Below are positions 35,117-50,402 of a DNA stretch of 64,000 bases, piece after piece. The stretch spans positions 816,541 through 880,540 of the forward strand of contig NW_005434655.1 of NCBI RefSeq assembly GCF_000315625.1, given 5' to 3'. Both the position numbers and the translations under genes were made by a program. The notes beneath the pieces are model-generated. The model searched no databases. It was not told the DNA's origin and saw nothing but the letters and a program-made list of their open reading frames with translations. The DNA is from Guillardia theta CCMP2712. Taxonomy: Eukaryota; Protista; Cryptophyta. Positions within the stretch are counted from its first letter, which is position 1, and the number at the start of each line of letters is the position of its first letter.

Positions 35117-36685
35117 GACAGCGGCTCAGGTGAGGGGGCGACGGCGCAGACGACTACTTAAATACCTGCACGCGCACGCGTCAGTCAAATCTTCACTGAG
35201 GGGGTGGGTGGTTGCTGTACGGTAGGGGTGTGGTGGGCTGTGTGGTCAAGTCTGCCGTGGGCTGTGTGGTCGGAACTTGAGGAGTGTTCGGGTGGGTGGA
35301 TGGCTGGGCAGTTGCCTGCATTAAGATTGGTCATACCTACATCATTTTCTAATTGGAACAAAGGAGAAAACAGCCATGGTTGAAACACAGATGCATCAAG
35401 ATGTAGATCACCGATAGGGGGGCGTTGAAAAGGGCATTTGTCATCGATCGGGGAATGTATAGTTTTGTTTGTACGGGTCCTTTTAGTCCCGGGGTGGGTA
35501 TTTCGGAGGGGTTGGGTCAATAGTGTATCAGCAGGGGTATACACTGAAGAGTCAGCAGAATTGACAGGGGGGTGAGGGTACAGGGGCGGTCAAATAAAAT
35601 TTGCCGAATTGGGCTACCCACCCAGATTCAAGATTCAAGGATTTCTGGCTGAAAACTACCAGTGGGGTAACTTGTGACGAGAATGTTGCCCCGTCACCCC
35701 GCGGACCGGCCCCGGGCCCGGGCCCGGCCCCCGTGAACCCGGAGCCAGTGACTCACCGTGAATCATTGAATGATGGTGGGATCATTGTTTGGTTCAAAGC
35801 CCATGGGAGGTAGGATAGGGTGGGTCCCCTACTCCACCCCTAGTATGGGTCTGAGATCCCCTCTACCCAAATAATCATATTTGATGTTGTACCCCTCTAT
35901 TTTAACCCCCACCCCTCGAAAATCCGCCTATGTACCCCAAGTACGCCTTCCACAATCCGTCTTACGGATCACCCCTACCCCACCCCTACCCCCTAATTCC
36001 TATCATCACCACCCCATGCTCCTACCTTCTTGAATTACCCGCCAGCCACATGCTGACAACCCTAACATTCCACTACCCCTTGTAATAATTAGGTACCCCT
36101 CCTTTCTTTCAAACACCCCATCAATTCTAAAATGTACCCCGTATTAGTCCTCTTGTGTGAGGGGTACTCTGAGAATTTGAAATATACTTCGAGATCTGGA
36201 CCCCACCTTTTCATGCCCGTACCCCAGTGAATTGAACGAACTAGCCTCCCCGAGAAATCCGCTCCCTCCCTCCCGCCCTCCCTCTCTCCTTCCTCCCTCC
36301 TCATCCCCCCTTTCCCCCATCATTCTCTGCTTCTGATCCTGATACAAGACCTACCTCTACTCCGTTACCCATTCTCTCTTTGGTTGCTTCAGTCTTGCTA
36401 CTCCGTTTTCTCCACAAGTGTTTCCCACTCGTCTTTCACTGCTGCTCCCCCGACACCTTGCCCTAACATCAAACACTTTACCCTGTCTCTCTCCTAGTTG
36501 CTATCGTCGAAGTCTACAAACCTGTACAAGTTCGTTCTACTGATGTTCGAAGTGCTTTGAGTGTGAGTTGGCTTTCTGATCGTATTTGTCCTCATCCGGA
36601 TACCGATTTCATTGATCCACGCCATTATTTTTCATTCCCCGAAGACAGGGTAACGACCACCCATAGTGAACAGCAAGCAAGCACA

Positions 36686-38678
36686 ATGAACAGAGCCATT
36701 CTTAGAGCGATCTCGCTGGGATGTGCTCTGCAAGCTGCTGCTGCCTTCGTGATCCCTTCAAGACTTACACTTGCCACCGGTCACCTCCCTTGCCATTCTA
36801 AGGGACTGTGCAATCTTCATCTTGCCCTGAAAGCAAACAAATGTACCATCTCTCGACAAAGAGGTTTACACCATCTTCCTCGTATGTCATCAGGAGCGTC
36901 CAACACAGGCAGCATAGCTGGATTTGGCGAATCGGGGGGTGACAGTGTTTCAACGGGTCTTCAATCAAATAGCGCAGCACGCAAGAAATCATTCCTCCGA
37001 GTCCTGTGGGACTTCACCAGACCTCACACCATAATCGGTTCGATCTTGTCTGTCGTGTCGTTGCATCTGTTCGCGCTGACAGCACCGGGTTTGAAAGCTT
37101 CGCAGCAGATTGTCAGGTCATGTTGATGGTTCCCCTCAGGTGTCAGCATAATCAACTTGTCTGCTTTCATGGTTGCACTCACCTGGTCACTTGTGTGCGC
37201 CTCCTTGGTGAATCTCTTCGTCACGGGGCTGAACCAGGTCCTCTTGCTCCATTGGTATTGTAGTGATTGATCTCGGTCCAGATTTATGATGTAGATATTG
37301 ACAAGATTAACAAGCCGTACCTGCCCATCCCAGCGGGAGAATTGTCCCTGCAGAAGTATATGCAGGTGATCATGAAAAATTTAAGATCTGAAATCTTTCA
37401 CAGTGCAAAAGTCATCGTACTTGTTTCCCTGATTCTTGGGATTGTAAGTTGCATCCGAATCTCACGATCCCCCTTACTTGCCAATTTTCCAGCTCCCGAC
37501 CATCTTGTTTTATCCGTTTGACAAGATCCCGCTCCTAGCTGGTCATATCAGAGACGTAGGAGAGAAAATCTGAGACTGACATGATTCCAGTCACCGGAGG
37601 ATCATGCGTACTGGGTACACTTTACTCCATGCCTCCCTTCCGCCTCAAACGCTTCCCCTTACTGGCTGCCATGTACGCCTTGGTTCAGGATTACAATCAA
37701 TCTTAGAGCTCTGTTGTCGCAGATGCATCATCGTTGTGAGAGGGACGCTGGTCAACCTTTCCTTCTATGCACACACTGCAGCTGTAAGTGCTTGGCGCTA
37801 GCGAACAACTTCTCCGCTCATTGTGGTTCGTTTTGTGCAGATCCTGGGCACGGAGATGCTTCCTGCAAGGAGTTGGATCGCTTCTTCATTCTTCGCACTG
37901 TTCGGATGGTACTTGTTGATCGTGCTTGCCTCGTTGACTCACCCGTCCTCCTACCAGCGTCATCGCGCTGATGAAAGACGTGCCAGATGTAATGCCCGTC
38001 CCCTTGCCTTGCTCATCTCTTGTTCCACTCCTCCGCATTCCATTCCCTTCCTCCTCTATTCCTCCTCTACTCCTCCATTCAAAGTTATGGGCAGGTCAGT
38101 GGCGATAGAGAATTTCAAGTCAAGACCCTTTCTGTTCGGTTTGGATCTCGCACGGTACTTGTTTTCGACTGCATTCTTTCAAGGTTCTTTCTTCTCATCT
38201 GTCACCCTCCCTCCCTCCCTCTCGTCTCTACAGATTTTGTCTCTCGGAACTGGAATCCTGTCCGCGAGCTTCACTGTGGCTTCTCTCTTCTGTCTCTACC
38301 ATAGCGTACTTCTCACAAGTGATCGTTCTGGTCGAGAAAGCACCAAGCGCTGACCCAACTCTGCTAGATCCGGTCTTCAAGGCCTTGCGATTCGTCGTTG
38401 CTTTGTTCTCAGGGGTAACTCATACTTCCCGCCTTCAGCTTTAGCTTGCTTGACCTTTGGCTGTGCCAGATCGCGGCGGTCTGGGTTCACAAAAGCAGCA
38501 GACTTCTCCTCCAAGAAAGTGAACAGGACGAAGAGAAAACATTCAGCGAAAAGGCGTACAGGTATTGGCTCATTGCAAACCCTCTCTTGGTGTTCTTAAT
38601 GTGTTTGCCATCAGCTACTACATGGATCTGTGGAAGTTATTCTACGCGTCATATCTGCTTCTTCCCTTTGCTGTTTAA
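36686..38678 (+). CDS. HPT: Homogentisate phytyltransferase (UbiA family, tocopherol synthesis), plastid-targeted
   Basis: FTRPHTIIGS, GLNQ|IYDVDIDKINKPYLPIPAGELS, YSMPPFRLKRFPLLAA, KDVPD, and C-terminal LWKLFYASYLLLPF match HPT/VTE2 better than HST. Leader ...QAAAA|F is an ASAF-type bipartite signal. Confidence 0.88.
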
Positions 38679-39004
38679 CGTTGAGAAGATGAAAACGAAA
38701 ATGAAACATTCCCTGGCTCTCTCTTTGTCACGTCGGAACTGAGGTCATGTTGGCCCGCTGCTGGGGCTCGGCCGCCGCATGACAGCCCAGATCATCGTAG
38801 TAGTGACGGGCGCCGGCGGCCCGGCGGGCGTGCCCGGACGGCCCAGTAGTACGGTCGGGCCCGGTGGCCGCGCGGACCGGTCCGATCACCGGGTGCCACA
38901 GACGGCCGGGCGTGACCGGACTGTATGCCGGTCACGAGCCGGTGAAAACAAATACCGTTTAAAGACCCATCGCCCATGGCGCCGTAACCTAGTGAGGCAA
39001 GGCG

Positions 39005-40385
39005 ATGAGGTCGGCGCGGGGGCGATGCAGTGAGAGCACGAGAACACCTCCAACTTCTGCTCATGCTACTCATGCTGCTCCTGCTACTACCTATCTTCTT
39101 GCCTGCTTCTTGCTGTCTTTCACTGCCTCCAAGAGTGAAGAATCCTTGCATGGGATCTCTTTGACCGGCACGAGCGGCAGGGCAAGCCGCGGTCAAGCGA
39201 TCCTCCTCCCTCCCCGTCGCCTTCTCCTCCATGGCGGGAGAGACGATGATTCGGAGCCTCCTGGAGAGTTGCTGGAGTCGTTGAAGCGAGAAAACTCACA
39301 CCTGAGGGGCGACGAATGGTTCTTTGTTGAGAAGAAGGAAGGCAGGTACCAGGCGAACGGCCCTTGCGATGGCGACTGGATCATCGGGCAGATGGAATTC
39401 AATATCATCAGTCCTGAAACATTCATGTGGCGACCTGGCATGACGAGCTTTGAAAGGGCCAGCGCTCTCTCTCGGTTTCTACCCACCGAGGATGTGCAAA
39501 CTGCATCGTCATGCTCTGACCGCGGGTCCTCGGCGATCTCCAGGGCCTTGCCGGATGAAGCTGTCGTGAGTGATGAGGAGACGAAGGAGGTTGAAGCCCA
39601 GCAGGAGCTAAGAGGGTCGAAGAGGAGGAAGTGGAAGACGAGGAGGGTGTACGTTGAGAAGCAGCCGCCGAGAGGAGAGGAGGAGGGACTGGAGCAGGAC
39701 TCCAACTACATCCTGTTCGAGGACGAAGAGCCATCCCTCTGCAGGCACGAGGAGGAGGAGGAGCTGGGAATCGGACAACAAGTTTACCAGGAAGAGAAGA
39801 GAATGGAGATGCTGGACGAGGAGAGGAGCGAGAACGGGGGCATGATAGAGGAGGAGAGGAGCGTGAACGGGGCCATGATGGAGGAGGGGAGGGGCGAGGG
39901 GGAGATGAAGAAGAAGCAGAATTTCCCGCCGCTCTTTCCCAACATGAGCTTGTACAAGAACTTGATACGCATACCTCAGCCCTATGAATCCTTCCCGACG
40001 GACCACAAGGAGCTGCGCGAGATAGGGGTGATCTACCTCCTGAGATAGTAAAGTAGGCCTCCTCCTCCTCCTCCTCCTCCTCCTCCTGCTTGCTCCTGCT
40101 TGCTCCTGCTCTTGCTGTCCCTCTTGCTGTCCCTCTTGCTCTTGCTCTTGCTGTCCCTCTTGCTGTCCCTCTTGCTCTTGCTCTCGTTCCTGCTCTTTCT
40201 CTTCATGCCACTCCTGCTTGACTTTCTATCGTCTACCATCACCTTCCTGTACATCGCCGACACCTACAAGTTCTGGCTCCTTGTCCTTCTCTCCTTTCCT
40301 GCCCCGTTCTCACCTCCTGCTCCTCTCTCCTACTGCCTGAGCATGCAGAGATTCTTGTCGTTTATTTCATGCAACCACCGATTCT
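39005..40385 (+). CDS. GYF_2 (DUF4339)-like domain protein with hydrophobic leader + LLLHGG; 3' end uncertain
   Basis: EWFFVEKKEGRYQANGPCDGDWIIGQMEFNIISPETFMWRPGMTSFERASAL (39314-39478) fits the W..GP....I...T.VWxxGM pattern. Confidence 0.6.
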
Positions 40386-40900
40386 GTACCCTTCCTTGGC
40401 AAACTTGTGCCGCGAGGATGGAGGAAAGAGGAGAAGAGAGGTCAAGGAGGAGAGAGGAGGCAGGGAGGAGGAGGACGAGGAGGACGAGGACGAGGACGAG
40501 GACGAGGAGGAGGAGGAGGAGGAGGAGGAGGCAGAAGGAAGGAGGACCAAGGTGTTTGGGGGGCGTGTAGAGACCCTTTGGAAGAATAACGATTTGACCG
40601 TCCAGGATCATATAANNNNNNNNNNNNNNNNNNNNNNNNNNNNNNNNNNNNNNNNNNNNNNNNNNNNNNNNNNNNNNNNNNNNNNNNNNNNNNNNNNNNN
40701 NNNNNNNNNNNNNNNGGGGGGGGGGGGGGGGAAGGAGGGAGGGAGGGAGGGATGGATGGATGGATGGATGGATGGATGGATGGATGGATGGATGGATGGA
40801 TGGATGGATGGAGGGAGGGAGGGAGGGAGGGAGGGGATGACGAGGAGGAGGAGGATACTGTTTCAGTTTCTTCGCTCGCTCATGACAGCATCTTGCAGGC

Positions 40901-42892
<1,992 letters not shown>

Positions 42893-43154
42893 GCACAGCG
42901 ACTAGTTTACAAGCGCACACGAGCAAAGGTCTCCTTCCTCCTCCTCTCAGAACCCAAACAAGTCTGCTCCTAACGTCACCACCCTGCCACGACTGTCAGA
43001 AAACACCAGCGACCTCTGCTTCTTCCTCTGCTTCACTACCACCCTCCTCTCCCCACTGACAGTCCCCTGCACCGCTTCCCCTCTGCACCCTCCTTGCCCC
43101 CACCCTACCAACTCACAACCCCTACCTCCTCCTCCTCCTCCTCCTTTTCCTCCT

Positions 43155-46100
43155 TCACCTCGTGGGCAAGACTTCCTTGTTGGGCACCGTGCTCCTCTTG
43201 GAGGCGTTTGCTGGCTTCAGCTTCTCCGCGATCTTCTCTGTCCTCCTCAGCTTCTCTGCCGCCTTGAGAGCCCAGCCAGGTCGGAGCTTCCTCCCCTCCT
43301 CCCTCTCCTCCTCTCCCCCCCCTGTCGGACTGGCCTCCTCCTCCTCCTCCTCCTCCTTATCCTGCTGGCTCTCCCTCCTCGAGAACTTCGCCAGGTACGC
43401 AGCAGGAGCCGAGCTGGACTTGAAGTCTTCGTCCTCCCACCCCCCCAGTCCCCCGCAGTCCTCCTGGCTCGCCCTGTCCTCCCCTCCGCCTCCCCTCCCC
43501 AGCAACCCAGCAGGATCAACCCCTGGGGGTCTGCTGGACTTCTTCTTCTTGATCTTGGGGGGCTTCGGGGGCTCCTTCTTCGCCTCCACCTGCAGCTCCA
43601 GCTGCTGCTCCCTCAGCTTCCTCGTCCTCGTGTCCCGGTTACTCCCTGCTAGCGTGTACTCGGGCGGCTTCCCGACGAAGACGGTGTGAATCGGGACCTC
43701 CGTGCCCACAAGCGCGAGCTTGCAGCCGAAGGCGCTGATGGGGAACGAAACTTCCTGCTCCCCTCTGTGCACCAGCTCCCACCCTCCTGTCTCGCAGCCC
43801 GGCTCCTTCTCGAGCCTCCTCCTCCCCCAGTTGAAGTCCTTGGCGTCCACTATGACTCTGATCATGTCCTCCATCACTCTCTCCGTCAGCCTCTCCGTCA
43901 CGTGCGTGCTCGCCGACATGTCCGGGCTGGCGTTCACCTCGAGCAGCCAGACGTTGAGCTGTTCGTCGAGGATGAAGTCGTACCCGTAGACCTCGCACGA
44001 GAACTTGCGGTTTTCCAGCATGTCCTGCGCACACATGAGGGCCCACTTGGAGATCCTCTTCATCTGCGGCAGGATCTTCTCCTCCCAGGCCTCCTGCTGA
44101 TTGTGGGAGAGGAGGAAGGACTTGAACGAGTCGAGGTCCCACATGGAGCTGTTCTTGACCTGCTCAAAGTTCTCTCCCTCCTTCTGGATGCTGTTGTTGC
44201 ACAGGTGCGTGTAGTTGTCCTCCAGGTCCTTCATGGAGAAGTCTGACATGCTGAAGCGAAGGTAGCACTCGTCGTAGAACCAGACCTGTGGATAAGTGAG
44301 GAGGATAACGGAGGGGAGGGGAGGGGAGGAGCTAGGGGAGGAGAGGAGAGCATAGAAGAGAAGAGGAGAAGAGAGGAGGGGACGAGGAGAGGAGAGAAGA
44401 GGAGGGGAAGGGAGAGGAGGGGAAGGGAGANNNNNNNNNNNNNNNNNNNNNNNNNNNNNNNNNNNNNNNNNNNNNNNNNNNNNNNNNNNNNNNNNNNNNN
44501 NNNNNNNNNNNNNNNNNNNNNNNNNNNNNNGAGAGGAGAGGAGAGGAGAGGAGAGGAGGGGAAGGGAGAGGAGGGGAAGGGAGAGGAGGGGAGAGGAGGG
44601 GAAGGGAGAGGAGGGGAAGGGAGAGGAGGAGAGAGGAGGGGAAGGGAGAGGAGGGGAGAGGAGGGGAAGGGAGAGGAGAGGAGAGGAGAGGAGAGGAGGG
44701 GAAGGGAGAGGAGGGGAGAGCAAGAAGTGGGAAGGAAGGAGGGAACTGACCGTCAGAGGATTCCAGTCGGTGACCATGACCCACTGACGGATGTCAAACT
44801 TGCGCCTGTTGATGAGGAAAGGTCGCTCGAGGTACTTTTGCACCACCCAGTGCATCTCCTTCCCGGAGATGCCGAAGCCGATGTACTCGAGGATGCGGTT
44901 GATGCGGTTGGCGCAGATGATGTCCCGTCCTCTCGACTTGCCCGCTGGCTTCACGATCCACACGTTGTCCAGCCCGTTGAGACTGGACTGCACGTTCATC
45001 TGCTGCAGCTGCTGGAGCAGGCTCTCACTCTCCTTCCGCAGCTCCCCCTCCTCCCTCTGCTTCAGCTTCCTCGCCGCCTTCGACTCGTTGACGATCTCCT
45101 CCAGCGTCATCTTCGCCCCCTGACCGAACTCCAGCTTCCCTCCGAACGGCCTGTATCCGACCGTCCTCTGCCTTTTGGAGAGAGCAGAGGTTGTCTCGGT
45201 GGTGGTGGTGGTGGTGGTGGTGGTGGTGGAGCGACGGTCGAGGACAGGGCAGGGCTCTCCGAGGATCATGGTCCACTCTGCTGTGGTGAGCTGGAGCTGG
45301 GAGGAGACATCGTCGATGTCAAGCACGTTGCAGCGGCGGATGAAGGAGTCGACCGCCAGGCATGTCAGCTGCACGCAGTAGAGGAAGTGCTCGCCGTAGG
45401 CATGCCCCTGCACATAACGCAGTGAGTGGAGGGAGGGAGGAGGAGGGAGGAGGGAAACGGCAGGGAGCATTGGGAACGATGGGAGAGAAGGAGAGAGCTC
45501 AGTGGAAGGGAAAGGGCCACATGAAGGAGGAGGATGGGGACGAGAGAAAGGAGAACGACAGGTTGTGAGGAGGAGCTGACCTCCGGGTCTACCATGGACG
45601 CTCCGTCCTTGAGAAATTTCTTCAGTAGGTTCTCTGCACAGACCTTGACGGAGGTCAGTTGGAAGTGACGGGAGAGAGGAGGAGGAGGAGGGTTGGGATA
45701 GTAGAAGCTAGTGAGGAGCACATGGATGAAAGCGATGAGCAAGGAGAACGGAAAGGAAACAGTGAGCGGAGGAAGGAGAGAGGATAAGGGGGGAAGAGGA
45801 GGAGGGGAGGAGGGATAGGGACCATTTTGAAATCCTCAACGAAGTCAAGCAGCTCTTCGGAGTCCTGCAGGTTGTAACTTCGCGGGAAGAAATCGTCCAT
45901 GTCGACGTCCTGACAACAAAGTGAGAGAGGGGAGGGGAGGGAGGAGGAAGCAGAGAAACAAACGACGTGAAGAGTTGTGGAGGAGGAGGAAACAACGGGG
46001 AGGGTTGTGGTGGTAGTGGAGGAGGAGAAAGGACATGAGGAGAGTCTGAGGGAGCGGACGATTGTCCTTGCTCTTCACCTCAAACCACTTGAGGTTGCGC

Positions 46101-47980
46101 AGATTTCTGGTCAGCCCAACTTTCGTCGTCAAGTTGCCATTCCTGGCAAAGTGATTCACCACTTGCTCCTTGTTGAGAGCCTGAAGAAGGAACGTAAGAT
46201 GCACGCAGTGGAAAGAGCGATCCCATAGGTTGTAGGGAGGGAGGGAAGGAGAGGACAGGAGGATAAGAGGACAGGAGGATAAGAGGATAGGAGGATAAGA
46301 GGATAAAGGAGGGTAGGCGGGAGGTAGTAGGGAGGGAGGGAGGGAGGTAGTAGGGAGGGAGGGAGGGAGGGAGGGAGGGCGAGGGGGTCCTTCAAAGAAT
46401 CACCTTGAATGGGATGTCGCTAGTCTTCACAGTCCACTTCAAGTCAAAGATCATACTCTCTTCCTGCTCCACTTCTCAGGGCGAGCAGGTGGAAAGGCAG
46501 TGGCGGGGGTCAGGAGGAGGAAGAGGAGAGAAGGGAGGGGGGGGGGAAGAAGGAGGAGGAGGAAGAGGAAGGAGTAGATATGTGCATGGAAACGTGGAGG
46601 GGACAAAGATGAGGAGGTGAAGGAGATAAGAACCTCTCTGTGCTCCTTCCATCCTCGGGCTAGGAGCGCTTTCCTGATCCCTTCATAATTGTGTCCCCCT
46701 CCCGCAATGCAGAAGAGTTTGTCGGACTCGGAGAAGCCGTACCTGCAGCACAATCAACACCCCCCTCCCCTCCCCTCCTCTCCCGTAGCTCACTTCTTCC
46801 TTAACCACTGCTCCTCCTCCTCCTCACTGCTGAACCTAATTACGACAGACACGTCAGCGTTCTGAATCAGAGCAAGGACGTGTTCACCTGTCCTGGTACC
46901 GCCGCGTCCTCGCCGCGATCTGGCGCTCGATGTCGGATCTCTTGGGACTCGCCACCTCCTCGTTCTCCTCGTTCCCTTGTCGCCGCTGACGTGGCTCGGC
47001 GCTCCCCTGGTTCGCCTCGGAGCTCTCCTGCGGGTCCTTCGCTCGCTCGACATTCTCCATCGCCTTCTCCCGCAGCCGCCGCTTCAGCAGCTCCTCCTTC
47101 CTCTGCCTCTCCTCCTGCTCCTCCTTCTCCGTCCTCTGCTTCTCCACGAGCTTCTGCAGCGCTTGCTTCGTCCTCTCGAGGAGAGCCTTGTTCCGAGCTG
47201 CCGCTTCCTTCTTTGCTGCGAGCTGATTTTCGTCCAGATCCTTCTCCTCTACGATGGCTTCCTCCTTCCTCTCCCACCTGTCGTTCTCCTTGTTCTCATC
47301 CTCTGCCTCCATCCCTTGGATCCACGACTGACTTCTCGGCAGCATGAACTTGGGAGCGACATTGTCGAGCCCCAGCTTGCTCTTCAGCTTCGCCGCTGCC
47401 TCCACCTGCTTCTTCAGCTTCTGCTCGTTGTCCTCCCTCGCCCTCCGCCCCTCATCCTCCATCCTCTTTATCATCTCCTGGTAGCGCTTGCGATACGCGT
47501 TGCGCTGCTTCCCCTCCATCGAGCTGCCGTCTCCCTCCCTGGGGAGAGAGCTCTTGGGCAGGGCGATCAGCGCCTGCAGGTAGGGTGACGCCTGGATTGA
47601 CTTTGACAACGTCTCCTTATCCACAACTTTCTTGCTCAGCCTCGTCTTGCCGTCAGCCTCGCTCCTGGACTTCTGCCCGTTCATGCCATGGATGAACTTC
47701 TGCAGGTTCTCCTCGAAGATCTTCATCTTTGCCGACTGCTTCTGGTCCCCATGGCGATGAGCTTCCCCCTCCCGTCCTGCACCTTGTCGCCATGCAGCCG
47801 GGGGAGGTTGCCGTTGACATCCTCTTCGTCGTCGTCCGCACTGATACCATCTCCATAGGAGGATCTCCTCGAAGACCGAGATCGGTTGGTGTGCTGTCCT
47901 GACGCGTTCACAAGGGGAGGGAGTAGGGTCCCCTCTCTCCCAGGGGCAGGAGGTCGCTGGCTCGACATGGGATTGTCCAT
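43155..47980 (-). CDS. TTLL3: Tubulin monoglycylase, TTLL3/TTLL8-like, with N-terminal coiled coil
   Basis: QVVNHFARNGNLTTKVGL, FFPRSYNL, NGLDNVWIVKPAGKSRGRDI, WVVQKYLERP, KFDIRQWVMVTDWNPLT|VWFYDECYLRFS, HLCNNSIQK, WLLEVNASP. Confidence 0.92.
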
Positions 47981-49569
47981 CACGGCTCAGCGATCTCCAG
48001 CAAGATGAAGCGATCAGTCCTCCAGCATGACCTGCATTGAGCGCGACGACAATGCGAGGACAAGCTCGGCAAGCCTTACTCCATCATGCCTGTCATTCTA
48101 CAACTTGACGTCAGTAAACGATGAAAAATCCTCCAAGGAAACTTTCAAGTCTTTCTGACTTCCCTCTGATGAAGCCATCTGAATCCCATCCTTAACAATT
48201 CTGCAGCTCCATCCTCCCTCTCCTTCGTCGACAGGCCACTCCTACGTCTCACGTCCGTTGATCTCTCTTCCTCTTTCACATGGTTTCACACCAATGAAAT
48301 CATCCCCAGTCGACAGAGCTCTCTTTCCGTTGAACCATCCTCTCTCGTCTCGTTCATCTCCTCCTCCTCCTCCTCCTCCTCCTCTTCCTCCTCTTCCTCC
48401 CTGCCTCTTCTCCTACCTCCCCTCCTCTCTCACTCTTCCCCTCCTCTCCTCTCTCCTCCTCTCCGTCTTGCGATGTACTGACATCTCAAACGCTCAACCA
48501 CCACCACCCACCCCCTGCTTTCCCCTCATCTCGGGCATCAAGTACCCCGGTAAATTGCATGTCAGAACACCGGTACTCGTAAAATTTGACCAAGGGTGAT
48601 AAAGCGACCCACATCGATGATGGGCGACGGATATGTGGAGGAGAGCGAAGAGAGGGAAGAAGGGGGGGAGAGGAGAGGAGAGGAGAGGAGAGGAGAGGAG
48701 AGGAGAGGAGAGGAGAGGAGAGATGAGGTAATGAGGAGGAGACGAGATGAGGGAAGAGGGGGAGATGAGATGGGTGTGGAGAGAAATGGAGGCGAGGCGA
48801 CAACAAAGCAAGGAGAGAAAAGGTTTCGGGAGACGAGGGAACAGAGTCGACATCATGGTAAGAAAACGGCACAGCAAGGTCGAAATAGAAGGATTGGGGC
48901 AGACTGAGATGAAAGAGTGGCAAGACGACATGCTGACCAGAAGGTATGAGTGAGAGACAGTGGGACAAACAAGAGTTGAAGAGCGACGAGCAATTGATGA
49001 ATGCAAGTGAGGAGCAGTGAGACAAACAGACGATGGTTTTCTATTTATCTAGCAGTCCATATGTCGATGCGAGAATTAAGACTAAGAAACTGTTTTTCGA
49101 CGAGTCAAGTGCAATAGTCAAACCCGCTAGTCTCCGAGGAACGTCGCATACTGCAATCTTGATCAGGACCTTATTCGCAACTTGGTTGAGAAAGATGTTA
49201 AGAGAGTTGCATCTTGAGATCCGGCGCAAGATGTGCGACCAAGAGATATTTTCTACTGAGTGATTAAAAATGCCAAACATTGCTATTCCCACCGATTCCT
49301 TCGAATCCTCGATTGTCAACCTCATAGCAGCTAGGTCGTCAAAACAGAGTCTTCATTGGGATGGAATGCCGCCATCGATGGCGTCCCGTCTGAAGCATGG
49401 TTGGTCGTATCATGCCTTCAAATGAGTAAGTGCTGGTGCTGGGGTGAATCTTCAACTTCATAGCAGAAAGTTGTCGCAAACGTGCAGGTCATGCGACAAG
49501 TAGGGATCGATCAAGTTAGGTGCTGCACCTCGCATGATATTTCGATGAAGGCCAACATGAATTGCAGGG

Positions 49570-50400
49570 CAGCAAAAGGACTTGCGTTTCCGTTATCCAG
49601 GAAAATACACCAGCGCTGGAAAAATTCATGTTGTCACTCACGGCATGGACGATAAAAGAAGATTCTTATCATGCAGACGAAGTATGTTTAAGAGTTATCA
49701 CTGCTTGCTTATGAGTGCAATGATATGTTGTCTTTATTGTTCCTTGACCAGCTAAACATCTACACTCTAGACAAAGCGTCTCCATGATTGTTGAATTTTC
49801 GTTTTATTTTCTCATCTGACGCAGAAACCTTGTCAAGTGATACCTGTTACCCTCGTCAAAGTTTGAGATGGATGGAGCACAACAGTGACCTCGATGTGTC
49901 TTTCATCTTTGATTCCCTGTATGTCTTCGATGTGCAACGGTCCACTGCCAGCTCTTCAGCCGAGCATTTCGAGCCTACAGGAGTGAGTCACCATCTGAGG
50001 CAGCTTTGCAACTCAAACTTACGATCCATGTTGTTGTTCTGAAAGCAAGTAAGCATATTTGCTAGCAGTTCTTGGCAAGGGCTGGAAAGAAAGTCAGTCA
50101 TGCTCCATGCCATCTTGAACATTAAGTTCGAAAACTAAACTCACTCAAAGAATCTCTGCTTTTTCTTCCTGGGACGGGGGGCCATGTCGAAATCCCTTGG
50201 TCCAGCTCCGTTATAAGGCATACATTCTGCCACCTGGAATATTTTTCAATCAACACCAAGCTTGTACAAAGCGATGCTGGTGGGTGAAAGACATTCAAAT
50301 GGGAATATGCGTTACGAGATACTTGAGCATCATTCATGGGGGGTTGAAGGGAGGAACAAACAAGCGTGGGAGGCATCGAGAGGAGATTCTCGGAGCATGA
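49570..50400 (+). pseudogene. Possible degenerate nucleotide-diphospho-sugar transferase (GT77-like) fragment
   Basis: YILPPGIFFNQH...IIHGGLKGGTNKRGRHRE weakly resembles the family C-terminus. Upstream frames contain stops. Confidence 0.2.
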
Positions 50401-50402
50401 CA

